The position numbers and the translations under genes are program-made. Positions 38,186-48,511 of a stretch of DNA of 64,000 bases are shown here, in pieces. This DNA comes from Alphaproteobacteria bacterium (lineage in GTDB: Bacteria; Pseudomonadota; Alphaproteobacteria; Bin95). Location of the stretch: NCBI GenBank assembly GCA_963665325.3, contig CAXXWS020000002.1, positions 640,001 to 704,000 on the forward strand, written 5' to 3'. Each line of letters begins with the position of its first letter. The first letter of the stretch is position 1. Under the pieces are notes generated by a model, which saw only the letters and a program-made list of their open reading frames with translations, made no database searches and was not told the origin of the DNA.

Positions 38186-38982
38186 GCGGTCCGCCGGTCC
38201 TGGACGGCCGGCTCACCCTCGGCGACGGCGAAATCGAATACCGCCGGATCGAGGGCGACCCGGCCTTGCCGGTTACGGTGTTCCTGCACGAAGGGCTCGG
38301 GTCGGCCGCCCTCTGGCGCGATTTCCCGGACCGGGTGGCAGCGGAGACGGGCGCGGCTGCGCTGGTCTATTCCCGCCTCGGCTATGGCGGCTCGTCGCTG
38401 CCGGCCGGCGGCGCATTCCCGCTCGATTACATGCATGTCGAGGCCGAAAGGCGCCTGCCGGCGATACTCGCCGCCCTCGATATCGAACGGCCCCTGCTCG
38501 TCGGCCACAGCGACGGCGGCTCCATCGCGCTCATCCATGCCGGCGCCTTTCCCGAGGCAGTTGCCGGCCTTGTCGTCATGGCGCCGCACGTGTTCGTTGA
38601 GGACTGCTCGATCCGCGCCATCGCGGAGGCCCGGCGTGCCTTCGACAGCGGCGGCCTCGACAAACGGCTTGCCCGCTGGCACCGGGACGCCGCCGGGACT
38701 TTCGACGCCTGGAACCTGGCCTGGCTCGACCCGCGGTTCCGCGAGTGGAACATCGAAAGCTACCTGCCGGCCGTCACCGTGCCGCTGCTGGCCTTCCAGG
38801 GCGAGGCCGACCCTTATGGCACGCGCGCCCAGACCGACTGCATCGCCGCGCAGGTCTCGGGCCCGTCGGAGGTCGTGCTGCTGCCCGGTTGCGGCCATGC
38901 CCCTTGGCGCGAGGCCGGGGAAGCCGTGATTCCGGCCATGACGGCCTTCGTGGCCCGAATTGCAGGCGGCTACAGGTTGTAG
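38182..38982 (+). CDS. alpha/beta hydrolase (box-cluster-associated type)
   Basis: LHEGLGS...WRDFP, GHSDGGSIAL, D.YGT and CGHAP. Confidence 0.88.
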   Translation: MSGPPVLDGRLTLGDGEIEYRRIEGDPALPVTVFLHEGLGSAALWRDFPDRVAAETGAAALVYSRLGYGGSSLPAGGAFPLDYMHVEAERRLPAILAALDIERPLLVGHSDGGSIALIHAGAFPEAVAGLVVMAPHVFVEDCSIRAIAEARRAFDSGGLDKRLARWHRDAAGTFDAWNLAWLDPRFREWNIESYLPAVTVPLLAFQGEADPYGTRAQTDCIAAQVSGPSEVVLLPGCGHAPWREAGEAVIPAMTAFVARIAGGYRL

Positions 38983-40286
38983 ACGAAGCTCACGGCGATG
39001 AAGCTGTCGCGGCGCACGTCGTAGAGGGCGTCCGCCTGCCAGTCGACGCCGTGAAAGGCCGTGCCCTCGAGTTTCACCGACCAGTTGTCGTCCAGCCGCC
39101 GCTTTGCCTCGAAGCCGAAGGCCCGTCCGGCATGGTCAAGGTCCTCGATCACGCTGACGATGAACTCGGTGCCCTCGACATCATTCAGGGCCAGACGGGC
39201 AGCGAGGAACAGGTCGTTCTCGAAGGCGTTGGTTGCACGCTCGGGCCCGCGCCCGTCCCGGTACCACTCCGCCAGCAGGGTGATTTCGGCGTCCGTGTCG
39301 AAGACGGAATACAAGGTGTGCTCGCCGCCGACTATCCACGCGCCGTAATCGTCTTCCTCGCCGAAGGGGTGCGCCATGCTGGGCCGGTTGCTCGCGCCGA
39401 GGCGACGGATGGCCTCCAGCTTGAACAGCCACGGCCCGGTGGTGAGCTGCGCGTCCAGCCCGAACTGGCGAATCTTTTCGTAGTGCGGGTGCAAAGCCGT
39501 GGGCACGGGAAATGGCAGTCCAGGGACTTCCAGGAATTCAGCCGGCCGCAATGACGGCTCCCGGTTCTGGCCGTCGAACCAGCTGAGGCCGAGACCGACA
39601 AGGCCGAAGCTCCCGTTGTAGCGCAGCGCCCAGTCCATGTGCCGTTCCTCGGCGGCGCTGTCATAGGTCGCCTTGTCACTGTCCACGACCAGGCGGCTGC
39701 GAAGCCGGCCGGCGCGGCCCGGATAGGTGCGCTCGCGGTGCCAGGGCAGGAGGAACAGCTCCAGGGAGCCCCAGTCCGCGGACCATGTGCCGTGAGCCAT
39801 CAACTGGCCGAGCTTGGTCTTTTCGTCGGGGTGCTCGATCAGGTCCGTCTGGTTGACGATATCGACGATATTGCGCACCTCCGCCACGCCCCAGGCGACC
39901 CGGTCCACGCCGAGGCGCAACTCCCACTCCCCTTCGCCGAGTTCGCCGTAGAGCAACAGGAAGGCTTCGCGGAGGTCGGCATGGGTGCGGCGCGGGTCGG
40001 CGCTGTCGTACCGGAAGAAGGGCGAGATCGTGAGGCTGCGGCCCTCCTCGTCCTCGGCATAGAGTTCCGGCTTCGCCGTGAAGCCGCCCGCATGCGAACG
40101 CTGGCCGGAATGGAGCGCGCTGTCCGGATACCACCGGCTCTCGATGCTGAACCGGCCCGACAGTTCGACCTCGATATCTTCGGCCGCGGCCGGGGCGAGG
40201 CCGAGGCAGGCCGGAAGGACGGCAACGAGGAGCCGAAGCGCCGGTGCGCGCGCTCGACGGTTTGCGTCTTTTCGGAACAATCGCAC
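38970..40286 (-). CDS. outer-membrane beta-barrel hypothetical protein
   Basis: Signal peptide ending APAAA, alternating beta-strand pattern, DIVNQTD...EKTKLGQ, terminal FVYNL; start approximate. Confidence 0.75.
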   Translation of the reverse strand: MRLFRKDANRRARAPALRLLVAVLPACLGLAPAAAEDIEVELSGRFSIESRWYPDSALHSGQRSHAGGFTAKPELYAEDEEGRSLTISPFFRYDSADPRRTHADLREAFLLLYGELGEGEWELRLGVDRVAWGVAEVRNIVDIVNQTDLIEHPDEKTKLGQLMAHGTWSADWGSLELFLLPWHRERTYPGRAGRLRSRLVVDSDKATYDSAAEERHMDWALRYNGSFGLVGLGLSWFDGQNREPSLRPAEFLEVPGLPFPVPTALHPHYEKIRQFGLDAQLTTGPWLFKLEAIRRLGASNRPSMAHPFGEEDDYGAWIVGGEHTLYSVFDTDAEITLLAEWYRDGRGPERATNAFENDLFLAARLALNDVEGTEFIVSVIEDLDHAGRAFGFEAKRRLDDNWSVKLEGTAFHGVDWQADALYDVRRDSFIAVSFVYNL

Positions 40287-40321
40287 CGTGTACGCCTCCG
40301 ATTCTCGGTGATGTCGCGGAA

Positions 40322-41392
40322 TCAACTGAGGGGATATGCCGTTTCCGGGACGCGGGGAAGACCGCGGCCGAGACCGGTGAACAGAATTTTCAGGGCTGCA
40401 TCGAATCGCGCCAGCGCGCTGGTGGTCACGACCACCGTCTTTACGGCGCGCCGCGATATCTTGACCTCCTGGCCGCTGCCGAATGCCGGCGTCGTGTAGG
40501 TCCGGCGCAGGGTGAGCACCGCCATTCCCAGCGACCACAGGCAAAAGCGGCGGATGCCGGTCTCGTGCGCAGGGATCAGCAGGATGTATCGAAGCGCATT
40601 GGCGAGATGCTGGCCGGCGATCGCGATCAGCCTGTTGAGCCCTTCGATGAACCCCGGATCGGCCTCGCCCGGCGAGAGCGAGCGAAGATCGAAGCCGGCC
40701 GAGAGAAAGACGCTTCGCGGCAGCCAGCACGCCCCGCGGCTCCGGTCCTCCCATATGTCCTTCAGGATGTTGGTCATCTGGAGGCCCTGTCCGTAGGAGG
40801 CCGACAATGCGAAGAGCTCCTCACGCCGCGCGTCGATCTCGTCGGAATAGTCGCAGAACAGCTCCGTCAGCATTTCGCCGACGACGCCCGCAACGAAGTA
40901 GCAATAGCGGTCGAGGTGCCGGAGGTCGCTCAACCCTTCGAGGCTGGCCCCGTCCTGGAACTCGGCCATGCCGTGCGTCATGATCCTTACACAGCGCAAC
41001 ATTGCCTGCCGTTGCGGGGCGGAGAAGCTGTCCGTGACCCGCATGACGCGGGGAACGTTGGCGATCAGGTCGCGCTCGGCCCCGGTCGTCGAACGGGTCA
41101 GCAGGACATTGAGTTCGTCTGCAAAGGCCCCGGGCGCCTCGCTGCCTTCGACGACGCCGACCCAGCGTTCGGAGAATTCGCGTTTTTGGGCTGCGGAGAG
41201 CGCGGCTTCGTCTTCGATGGTGTCCGCAATCCGGCAGAGCAGGTAGGCATTGCCCACCGCATCCCTGAGCGGAGCCGGCAGTTGGGGAATGGTGAGCGCG
41301 AAGGTTCGGGAAACGCCCTGCAGGCTTTCCGCCTGGTAAGCGAGGTCCCCTTGAAGGGCGGTTTCGCCAATTGCCGTTTTCAGCTTCGACAT
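40322..41392 (-). CDS. squalene/phytoene synthase family protein (single-enzyme SQS-like)
   Basis: [41 protein letters not shown] and KISR motifs. Confidence 0.9.
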   Translation of the reverse strand: MSKLKTAIGETALQGDLAYQAESLQGVSRTFALTIPQLPAPLRDAVGNAYLLCRIADTIEDEAALSAAQKREFSERWVGVVEGSEAPGAFADELNVLLTRSTTGAERDLIANVPRVMRVTDSFSAPQRQAMLRCVRIMTHGMAEFQDGASLEGLSDLRHLDRYCYFVAGVVGEMLTELFCDYSDEIDARREELFALSASYGQGLQMTNILKDIWEDRSRGACWLPRSVFLSAGFDLRSLSPGEADPGFIEGLNRLIAIAGQHLANALRYILLIPAHETGIRRFCLWSLGMAVLTLRRTYTTPAFGSGQEVKISRRAVKTVVVTTSALARFDAALKILFTGLGRGLPRVPETAYPLS

Positions 41393-41518
41393 CCCGCTGT
41401 AGCGTCGGCTGCTATCCGGCCGGGCCTCCGGGACCCGCTCATCCAATGGTTTCCGACCGGGCAGGCCAAGTCAAGCGGGGGCGTCACCCCTCATAACCGC
41501 CGCGCCGATTTTCCGTTT

Positions 41519-41630
41519 CCGCCGGATATCGCCCGCCCGATAGTCTGCTACAGTCCCGCGGCGGTCGGGAGGGCAGGGGATGCGGGCGAATCCGGGACCG
41601 AACGCCGGATCGGCATCGACATCGGCAGCA
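41519..41630 (+). repeat. diverged copy of the hydantoinase promoter and first codons (second copy at 41933-42058)
   Basis: ccgccggatat.gcccgcc.gatagt.tgctacagt and gaatccgggaccgaa..ccggatcgg.atcga.at.ggc.gca occur in both copies. Confidence 0.85.
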
Positions 41631-41710
41631 AAACGCATATTGCAGTTTCCGAGGCCTGACTCAACGCTGCGAGGAAAGTTGTAGTTGGCGAATCCGGGGG
41701 AACCGACGCC

Positions 41711-41917
41711 TTGTCCGAGCCGCAACATACTCATGACGGATGGTGGGCCCAGTTCGATGCCTGGGCCGATACCGTCGCGATCTGGGTCGCGCTGCTTTGC
41801 GTCCTCTTCTTCGTCATTCATATACGCACGCACCCTCGCGGGTTCCGGGACCGGCGTCTCGTCGGGGCGTGTCTCGCCGCCGCCGCCGTCTCGATCGTGT
41901 ACCGATGTTCCAGCTGA
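41711..41917 (+). CDS. small hypothetical two-TM protein
   Basis: 68 aa with two hydrophobic stretches, lying between the duplicated segments; TTG start. Confidence 0.35.
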   Translation: MSEPQHTHDGWWAQFDAWADTVAIWVALLCVLFFVIHIRTHPRGFRDRRLVGACLAAAAVSIVYRCSS

Positions 41918-42008
41918 CCCCAGTGCTGTCGTCCGCCGGATATGGCCCGCCGGATAGTTTGCTACAGTGCTGCCGCCGCGGGGTGGCGGCCAGGAGGGGT
42001 ACGGGAAC

Positions 42009-44066
42009 ATGAATGAATCCGGGACCGAATACCGGATCGGTATCGATATTGGCGGCACCTTTACGGACCTCGTCGCCGTGGACCGCGAGGGCGAGACCCG
42101 GATCGCCAAGGCGCCCTCGACGCCGGCGGACCAGTCCGTCGGCGTGCTGGACGGGCTCGAACGGCTGGCCGGGACGATGGGGCTCGACGTCGCGACCCTG
42201 CTCGGCCGGACCGAGCGGATCGTGCATGGAACCACGGTTGCGACTAACGCCATCCTGGAGCGCAAGGGCGCCACGGTCGGCCTGCTGACCACCGGGGGCC
42301 ACCGCGACGTGCTGGAGATGCGCGAGGGCCTGAAGCCGGACCGCTACAATCTCCGCCTGGCGCCGCCGGATCCGCTGGTGCCGCGCCGCAGGAGGCTCGG
42401 CGTCACGGAACGGCTGCGCGCCGACGGCGCCGTCGAGACGCCTCTCGATCCGGGCTCCCTGGAGGAGGCGGTGGAGACGATGCGGGGGCAGGGCGTCGAT
42501 TCGGTGGCCATCTGCTTCCTGCACGCCTGGTGCGACGACGCGCACGAGCGTGCGGCTGCCGATGCTGTGCGCCGGGCGATGCCGGAGGCTTACCTGTCGC
42601 TCTCCTCGGACGTGTTTCCGCAGATCAAGGAGTTCGAGCGCGTCTCGACCACAGTGGTCAACGCTTATGTAGGCCCCGCCCTTTCCGGCTATCTCGGCCG
42701 CCTTGCCGCCCGGTTGGAGGAGAACGGATATGCCGGGCCGCTGCTCATCATCCTGAGCCACGGAGGCGTCGCGCCGCTCGAGGAGGCGGTGCGTCTTGCG
42801 GCGGGAACGGTGCTTTCGGGGCCAGCCGGCGGCGTCGCGGGCGCGCGCTATTCCGCGCGGCTGCTCGGCATGGGCGACCTCATCCCGTTCGACATGGGCG
42901 GCACCAGCACCGACATTTCGCTCATCTCGGGCGGCGAGGCGGCGCTCTCCTCCGACCGGGGCATTGCCGGGGAGCGCATCGCGCTCTCCTCGCTCGACAT
43001 CGCCAGCATCGGCGCGGGCGGCGGATCGATCGCGCATGTGGATGCGGGCGGTGTGCTGCATGTCGGCCCGCAGAGCGCCGGCGCCGACCCGGGCCCGGCC
43101 TGCTACGGGCGCGGCGGCGCATCGCCGACCGTGACCGATGCGAGCCTGGTGCTGGGGTTCCTCGACGCGGCCAACTTCCTCGGCGGGCGCGAGCGGCTCG
43201 ACACCGGGGCGGCGGAGGCGGCCCTGGACCGACTTGCTGCCGAACTCCGGGTGGATCGCATGGCGGCGGCCGAGGGCGTTCACCGCGTCGTGCACACCAA
43301 CATGGCCGAGGGCATCCGCCTGGTTTCCGTGCGGCGGGGCGTGGACCCGCGACGCTTCGCGCTGCTCTCTTTCGGCGGGGCCGCCGGCATCCACATCACC
43401 GATGTTGCGCGCCAGCTGGATATCTCGCGGGTGGTGGTTCCGAGGGTGGCCTCCGTGCTTTCCGCTTGGGGCATGCTGGCGACGGACCTGCGCTTCGAGG
43501 CCTCGCGGACCCATATCGGCGACGCGGCGGCCCTCGACGCCGCCGCAGTGCGCAGCGTGTTCGACGAGCTGGAAAGCGCGGCCCGGGAGCGGCTTTCTGC
43601 CAGCCATTCCGGCGAGGTCGCGGTCCAGCGCACCGCCGACATGCGCTATGGCGAGCAGATCTTCGAGGTGGACGTCACGCTGGACGGCCTCGACTGGTCG
43701 GCCGACGACCTGCTGGACCGGATTGCGGAGCGCTTCCACGACCGCCATGAGGCGCTGTTCACCTATGCGCTGCGCGAGGACGATGTGGTGCTGGTGAATG
43801 CCCGCGCCGCGGCGATCGGGCGCCTGCCGGGCCTGCCGGAGGAGCGCGTGCCCGATGCAGGCTCGGATGCCGCGCCGCGCGGGCGCCGGCAGGTCCATAT
43901 GGGCGGTTGGCTGGTGGCGCCGGTCCACGATTTCGCCGCGCTCAGGCCCGGCCAGGTGCTGGAAGGGCCCACGGTCGTCGAGAGCGACACCACCACTGTC
44001 GTCCTCCGCCCCGGAGACCGCGCGACCGTCACCCCCCTCGGCTGGCTCGACATCGCGGTCGGGTAG
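42009..44066 (+). CDS. hydantoinase A / 5-oxoprolinase ATP-binding subunit
   Basis: IGIDIGGTFTD, HGTTVATN, SGPAGG, DMGGTSTD, GAGGGSIA and GPQSAGADPGPACY. Confidence 0.94.
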   Translation: MNESGTEYRIGIDIGGTFTDLVAVDREGETRIAKAPSTPADQSVGVLDGLERLAGTMGLDVATLLGRTERIVHGTTVATNAILERKGATVGLLTTGGHRDVLEMREGLKPDRYNLRLAPPDPLVPRRRRLGVTERLRADGAVETPLDPGSLEEAVETMRGQGVDSVAICFLHAWCDDAHERAAADAVRRAMPEAYLSLSSDVFPQIKEFERVSTTVVNAYVGPALSGYLGRLAARLEENGYAGPLLIILSHGGVAPLEEAVRLAAGTVLSGPAGGVAGARYSARLLGMGDLIPFDMGGTSTDISLISGGEAALSSDRGIAGERIALSSLDIASIGAGGGSIAHVDAGGVLHVGPQSAGADPGPACYGRGGASPTVTDASLVLGFLDAANFLGGRERLDTGAAEAALDRLAAELRVDRMAAAEGVHRVVHTNMAEGIRLVSVRRGVDPRRFALLSFGGAAGIHITDVARQLDISRVVVPRVASVLSAWGMLATDLRFEASRTHIGDAAALDAAAVRSVFDELESAARERLSASHSGEVAVQRTADMRYGEQIFEVDVTLDGLDWSADDLLDRIAERFHDRHEALFTYALREDDVVLVNARAAAIGRLPGLPEERVPDAGSDAAPRGRRQVHMGGWLVAPVHDFAALRPGQVLEGPTVVESDTTTVVLRPGDRATVTPLGWLDIAVG

Positions 44067-44084
44067 GGGGGGCCGGGGCGCCGG

Positions 44085-44413
44085 CTATCCGGCCGGGTTG
44101 CGTATTTCCCTGGCAGCCGCCTTCGCCACAAACGCGGAACGGCTCATCCCGCGCATCCGGGCGGCTCGGGGACATGCGGAACAAGCATCAGGATTGCTCC
44201 GGCCGCAATATCGTCGGCAACATCCTCGTGCACGGCTTCCAGTCCGCGCGGCTGCGCCTCCTCGCCGTCGTCGAAATAGAGCGCCAGCGCTTCCATTGCG
44301 TTCGGAACGATGTCTTCGAAGCCGTCTGCCGCAGAAAAGCAGCCGGGTACTTCGGGGAAACGGACGCCGTATGCGATGTCGGGTTCTTTATCGATGACGG
44401 CCACATAGTGCAT
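44085..44413 (-). pseudogene. hicB: HicB-family antitoxin with internal deletion/frameshift
   Basis: YGVRFPEVPGCFSAAD...NAMEAL HicB domain; the RHH tail MRGMSRSAFVAKAAAREI is in another frame and the intervening beta-strand is missing. Confidence 0.78.
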
Positions 44414-44470
44414 CGCTGTTTTCTGCCTCGCTTCCGGCCGGCCCCGCGTTCGGGGATCATTTATACAGCG

Positions 44471-46087
44471 CTAACGCGCGTCCTCCAGCACCATCGCGGC
44501 GGCCTTTTCGCCGATCATGATGCTGGGCGCGTTGGTGTTGCCGGCGACAATGGCCGGCATGATCGAGGCGTCGGCGACGCGCAGGCCGGCGACGCCGTGC
44601 ACGCGCAGTCTTGCGTCGGTTGCGGAATCGGCCTCCGGGCCCATGCGGCAGGTGCCGACCGGGTGGTAGTTGGCGACGGCGCGCGCCCGTACGTCGGCCA
44701 GCAGGTCCTCGTCGCTCTCGCAGTCCGGGCCGGGCAGCACTTCCTCCGCCATGAAGGGCTTGAGCGCGGGTTGTCCGGCGATCTTCCGGCACATGCGGAT
44801 GCCGTAGAGGATCGCCTGCCGGTCGTATTCGCTGCGCAGGAACTCGTAGCGGATTGCCGGGGCCGCCAGCGGGTCCGGGCTCTTCAGCCGCACCGAGCCG
44901 TCGCAATCGGGGCGCAGGTGCACGGGGCTCAGCGTGAAGGCGGAAAAAGGATGCGGCACGATCGTGTCGGGTGTGCGCCGCGCTGCGCTCCAGCTCAGCA
45001 TGTTGATCTGGAGGTCGGGGCCGTCGAGGCGCGGGTCGCTGCGCACGAACGCCCCGGCGCAGATGCCCGTGCTGGTGAGCGGCCCGTCGCCGAAGAGCAC
45101 GTAGCGCGCGCCGGCGGCGAGGCGGCGCGGCAGGCTAAGCGCCAGATCGTTGGCGGTCACCGGCCGGGTACAGCGGAAGCCGATATAGGTGTTGAAATGG
45201 TCGCGGAGATGGGCGCCGACGCCGGGCAGGTCCTGCACCGGCTCGATGCCCATTTCGGCGAGATGCTCGGCCGGGCCGATGCCGGAGAGCTGGAGCAGGT
45301 GGGGCGAGCCGAACGCGCCGCCGGAGACGACGATCTCGCGCCTCGCCCGCGCCCGCTTGGGCCCCGCCAGCGTCTGGTATTCGATGCCCGCCGCGCGACC
45401 GTCCTCGATCAGCAGGCGGCGCGCCTGGGCGGCGGTTTCGATGTGCAGGTTCGGCCGCTTTTTCGCCGGAGCCAGGTACGCCTTCGCGGAGCTCCAGCGC
45501 CGCTTGCGCGAGCCGGTGAACTGGTAAAAGCCGGTGCCCTCCTGCTCGGGCCCGTTGAAATCCGGGTTGGCGGGGATACCGGCCTCGACAGCGGCGTCCA
45601 CCATGGCGCGGTGCAGCTCCCATTCGGCCGGCACGTCCGAGACGCGGAGCGGACCGCCCGCGCCGTGCAGCGCATCCCCGCCGCGTTCATTGTCTTCCGC
45701 CTTGATGAAGTAAGGCAGCACCGAATCCCAGTCCCAGCCCTCCAGTCCGCGCTGGCGCCAGCCGTCATAGTCGCGCGGCTGGCCGCGCATGTAGATCATG
45801 CCGTTGATGGAGCTGCTGCCGCCGAGCACGCGCCCGCGCGGCTGGAAGAGCCGGCGCCCGTCCAGCGCCTCGACGGGCTCGGTCTCGAACTTCCAGTTGA
45901 CCCGCGCGTCGGTGAACAGCTTGGGGAAGCCGAGCGGAATGTGGATCCAGGGGTCGGTGTCGCGCGGCCCCGCCTCCAGCAGCAACACGCTGTAGCGCCC
46001 GGACTCGCTCAATCTTGCCGCGACGGCGCAACCGGCCGAGCCCGCGCCGGACACGATAAAGTCGAACTCGGCATTGTCCGCCAGCAT
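44471..46087 (-). CDS. GMC family oxidoreductase (choline dehydrogenase-like)
   Basis: GAGSAGC, RGRVLGGSSSINGMIY.RG, HPVGTCRMG and GNTNAP. Confidence 0.94.
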   Translation of the reverse strand: MLADNAEFDFIVSGAGSAGCAVAARLSESGRYSVLLLEAGPRDTDPWIHIPLGFPKLFTDARVNWKFETEPVEALDGRRLFQPRGRVLGGSSSINGMIYMRGQPRDYDGWRQRGLEGWDWDSVLPYFIKAEDNERGGDALHGAGGPLRVSDVPAEWELHRAMVDAAVEAGIPANPDFNGPEQEGTGFYQFTGSRKRRWSSAKAYLAPAKKRPNLHIETAAQARRLLIEDGRAAGIEYQTLAGPKRARARREIVVSGGAFGSPHLLQLSGIGPAEHLAEMGIEPVQDLPGVGAHLRDHFNTYIGFRCTRPVTANDLALSLPRRLAAGARYVLFGDGPLTSTGICAGAFVRSDPRLDGPDLQINMLSWSAARRTPDTIVPHPFSAFTLSPVHLRPDCDGSVRLKSPDPLAAPAIRYEFLRSEYDRQAILYGIRMCRKIAGQPALKPFMAEEVLPGPDCESDEDLLADVRARAVANYHPVGTCRMGPEADSATDARLRVHGVAGLRVADASIMPAIVAGNTNAPSIMIGEKAAAMVLEDAR

Positions 46088-46098
46088 TGCGCCTGCCC

Positions 46099-46836
46099 CT
46101 AGACGTGCTGGCCGCCGTTTACGTGGATTTCGGCACCGTTGATGTAGCGGGAGGCATCGGTGCACAGGAAATAGATCGTGTCGGCGACTTCGCCCGGCTC
46201 GCCCATGCGGCCGACGGGGATGGCGCGGATGATCTCGTCGGAGCCGGGGGAGAGCATCGGCGTGTCGATCTCGCCGGGCGCGATGGCGTTGACGCGAATG
46301 CCGTCCGGCCCGAACTCCGCCGCCATCTCGCGGGTGAGCGCCGCCAGCGCCGCCTTCGAGGTGGCGTAGGCGGGACCGGCGAAGCGGTGCACACGCCCGC
46401 CGGCGATCGAAGTGACGTTCACCACGGACCCCTGGCCGGCAGCCAACTCCGTCGCCAGCCCGCGCGCGAGCATCAGCGGGGCATAAAAGTTGACCTGCAT
46501 GACATGGTGCCAGGCGCTGAGGCGGGTGTCGCGAATGCCGAGCCTGTGGCCGTCATCGGCCTTGGGCGAGACCGCGGCGTTGTTGACCAGCGCATGGACG
46601 CGCCCGTCCGTCAGCCGCTTGCGCATCTCCTCTATCGTGACCGCGAGCCCCTCGGGGTCCGACAGGTCCACCTCGATATGGTCCTCCGGCCCCGCGCCCC
46701 AGGGGCAGATGCCGCCCGGAAAGGACTGCCGCGAGCAGGTGATGACGCGCCAGCCGGCATCCTTGAACTTGATGGCCGTCGCGTGGCCGATGCCGCGGCT
46801 GGCTCCGGTGAGGATGAGGGTTCGCATTTCAGACAT
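46099..46836 (-). CDS. SDR family oxidoreductase
   Basis: TGASRGIG, NNAA and YATSK motifs. Confidence 0.93.
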   Translation of the reverse strand: MSEMRTLILTGASRGIGHATAIKFKDAGWRVITCSRQSFPGGICPWGAGPEDHIEVDLSDPEGLAVTIEEMRKRLTDGRVHALVNNAAVSPKADDGHRLGIRDTRLSAWHHVMQVNFYAPLMLARGLATELAAGQGSVVNVTSIAGGRVHRFAGPAYATSKAALAALTREMAAEFGPDGIRVNAIAPGEIDTPMLSPGSDEIIRAIPVGRMGEPGEVADTIYFLCTDASRYINGAEIHVNGGQHV

Positions 46837-46875
46837 GGGGTTGAGGCGCAGAATAGGCGCAAGGGAAGCCCGGCG

Positions 46876-48435
46876 CTACCACACTCCGATGATGAAACCC
46901 CGCTTGCGGCTGCCGTCGGTGCGCCGCGCCACCTCTTCATCGGAAAGCGTGGTGCGGGTGCGCCGCGCCCGGAGCCAGGCGAACAGCCTCTCGTGCAGTT
47001 CGGCGCGTGTGGCGGCGTGGGCCGGGTCGGCGCCGAGGTCGTCCCGTTCCAGCGGGTCCTCGGCAAGGTCGAACAATTGCGGGCGGAACCCTTCCCAGAA
47101 CAAGTATTTCCAGCGATCGGTGCGGACCATGTAGCCGCGGGACTCATCGACGCCCCGCCCCAGCGTCAGCCGGGCGGCGCGGTGCGCGTAGTCCGTCTCG
47201 GCGAACACCGCGTCGCGCGCCGGCGCCTCGCCGCCGCGCAGCAGCGGCAGCAGCGAATGCCCCTCCATCCGGTGCGGCTCGACCGCGCCGCCCGCCGCCT
47301 CCACGAAGGTCGGCACAAGGTCGATGGCCTCCACCAGGTCGTCCGAGACGGCGCCGGGGCGGCCGGCGGGGTCGTAGAGGATCAGCGGGATGCGCACGCT
47401 TTCCTCGTGGAACAGCTCCTTCTCGCCGAGCCAGTGGTCGCCCAGATAGTCGCCGTGGTCGCTGGTGAACACGATCATCGTGTCCTCCATCCGGCCCCGT
47501 TCCTCCAGGAAGGCGAACAGGCGGCCCATATGGTCGTCGATCTCCTTGACCAGCCCCATATAGGCGGGGATCACAGCGCGCCGGACCTCGTCGCGGGCAA
47601 AATTGCGGCTGTCCTCATGGGCCATGAAGGCGGCGTGGACGGGATGGGGGTCCCGGCGTTCGTCCTCGTGCCGGTTGGCGGCGATGACCGAGTTGGCCCC
47701 GTAGAGGCTGTGATAGGGCGCGGGCGCGATATAGGGCCAGTGGGGCTTGATGTAGGAGAGGTGGAGGCACCAGGGCTCCTCGCCCTGCTCGCGGATGAAC
47801 TCCATCGCGCGCCCGGTCATGTAGGCGGTCTCGGAGTGCTCGGCCTTCACGCGCGCCGGCAGCGGCGAATAGCGCAGATACCACCCGGAGAGCTGCTCGC
47901 CGTCCGGCCCCTCGGCGGAGTTGGCGAAGTCGTGCCAGGGGTTGGGGCTGTCGTAGCCGCGCTCCCGGAGCCAGCGGTTGTAGGCGAGGTCCGGGTCGGC
48001 GGAGATGTCGGGATGCAGCCCGTCGTCGCGCTCGACGGGCTCGAAGCCGCATTCGGACAGCAGCACGCCGGTATTGCTCGCCGGGTCGATGCCGAGCCGG
48101 CGCATGCCGTCCTGGTCGGCGGCCATATGCGTCTTGCCGACCAGCACGGTGCGCAGCCCGAGCGGGCGCAGCCAGTCGCCGAGCGTGAGTTCGCCGACGG
48201 AAAGCGGGACATTGTTCCAGGTCGCTCCGTGGCTGAACATGTAGCGCCCGGTATAGAAGGACATGCGCGACGAGCCGCAGATCGGCGACTGGCAGTAGGC
48301 GCGCGTGAAGCGCGTTCCCTTCGCCGCCAGGCCGTCCAGATGGGGCGTCTCCAGTGCCGGGTGGCCGTAGCAGGAAAGATAGTCCCAGCGAAGCTGGTCC
48401 GTCATGATGAACAGGATGTTGCGAACGCGCGCCAT
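46876..48435 (-). CDS. sulfatase / phosphonate monoester hydrolase family protein
   Basis: NILFIMTDQLR, CGSSR formylglycine motif, GKTH, KPHWP and TSDHGD. Confidence 0.9.
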   Translation of the reverse strand: MARVRNILFIMTDQLRWDYLSCYGHPALETPHLDGLAAKGTRFTRAYCQSPICGSSRMSFYTGRYMFSHGATWNNVPLSVGELTLGDWLRPLGLRTVLVGKTHMAADQDGMRRLGIDPASNTGVLLSECGFEPVERDDGLHPDISADPDLAYNRWLRERGYDSPNPWHDFANSAEGPDGEQLSGWYLRYSPLPARVKAEHSETAYMTGRAMEFIREQGEEPWCLHLSYIKPHWPYIAPAPYHSLYGANSVIAANRHEDERRDPHPVHAAFMAHEDSRNFARDEVRRAVIPAYMGLVKEIDDHMGRLFAFLEERGRMEDTMIVFTSDHGDYLGDHWLGEKELFHEESVRIPLILYDPAGRPGAVSDDLVEAIDLVPTFVEAAGGAVEPHRMEGHSLLPLLRGGEAPARDAVFAETDYAHRAARLTLGRGVDESRGYMVRTDRWKYLFWEGFRPQLFDLAEDPLERDDLGADPAHAATRAELHERLFAWLRARRTRTTLSDEEVARRTDGSRKRGFIIGVW

Positions 48436-48511
48436 TGACGATCTGCCTTCCTGCGGCTCCGGCATTTCAGGCGAGTATAATGCGCTCGGGGTCGGCGGCG
48501 ATGACAGGGCC

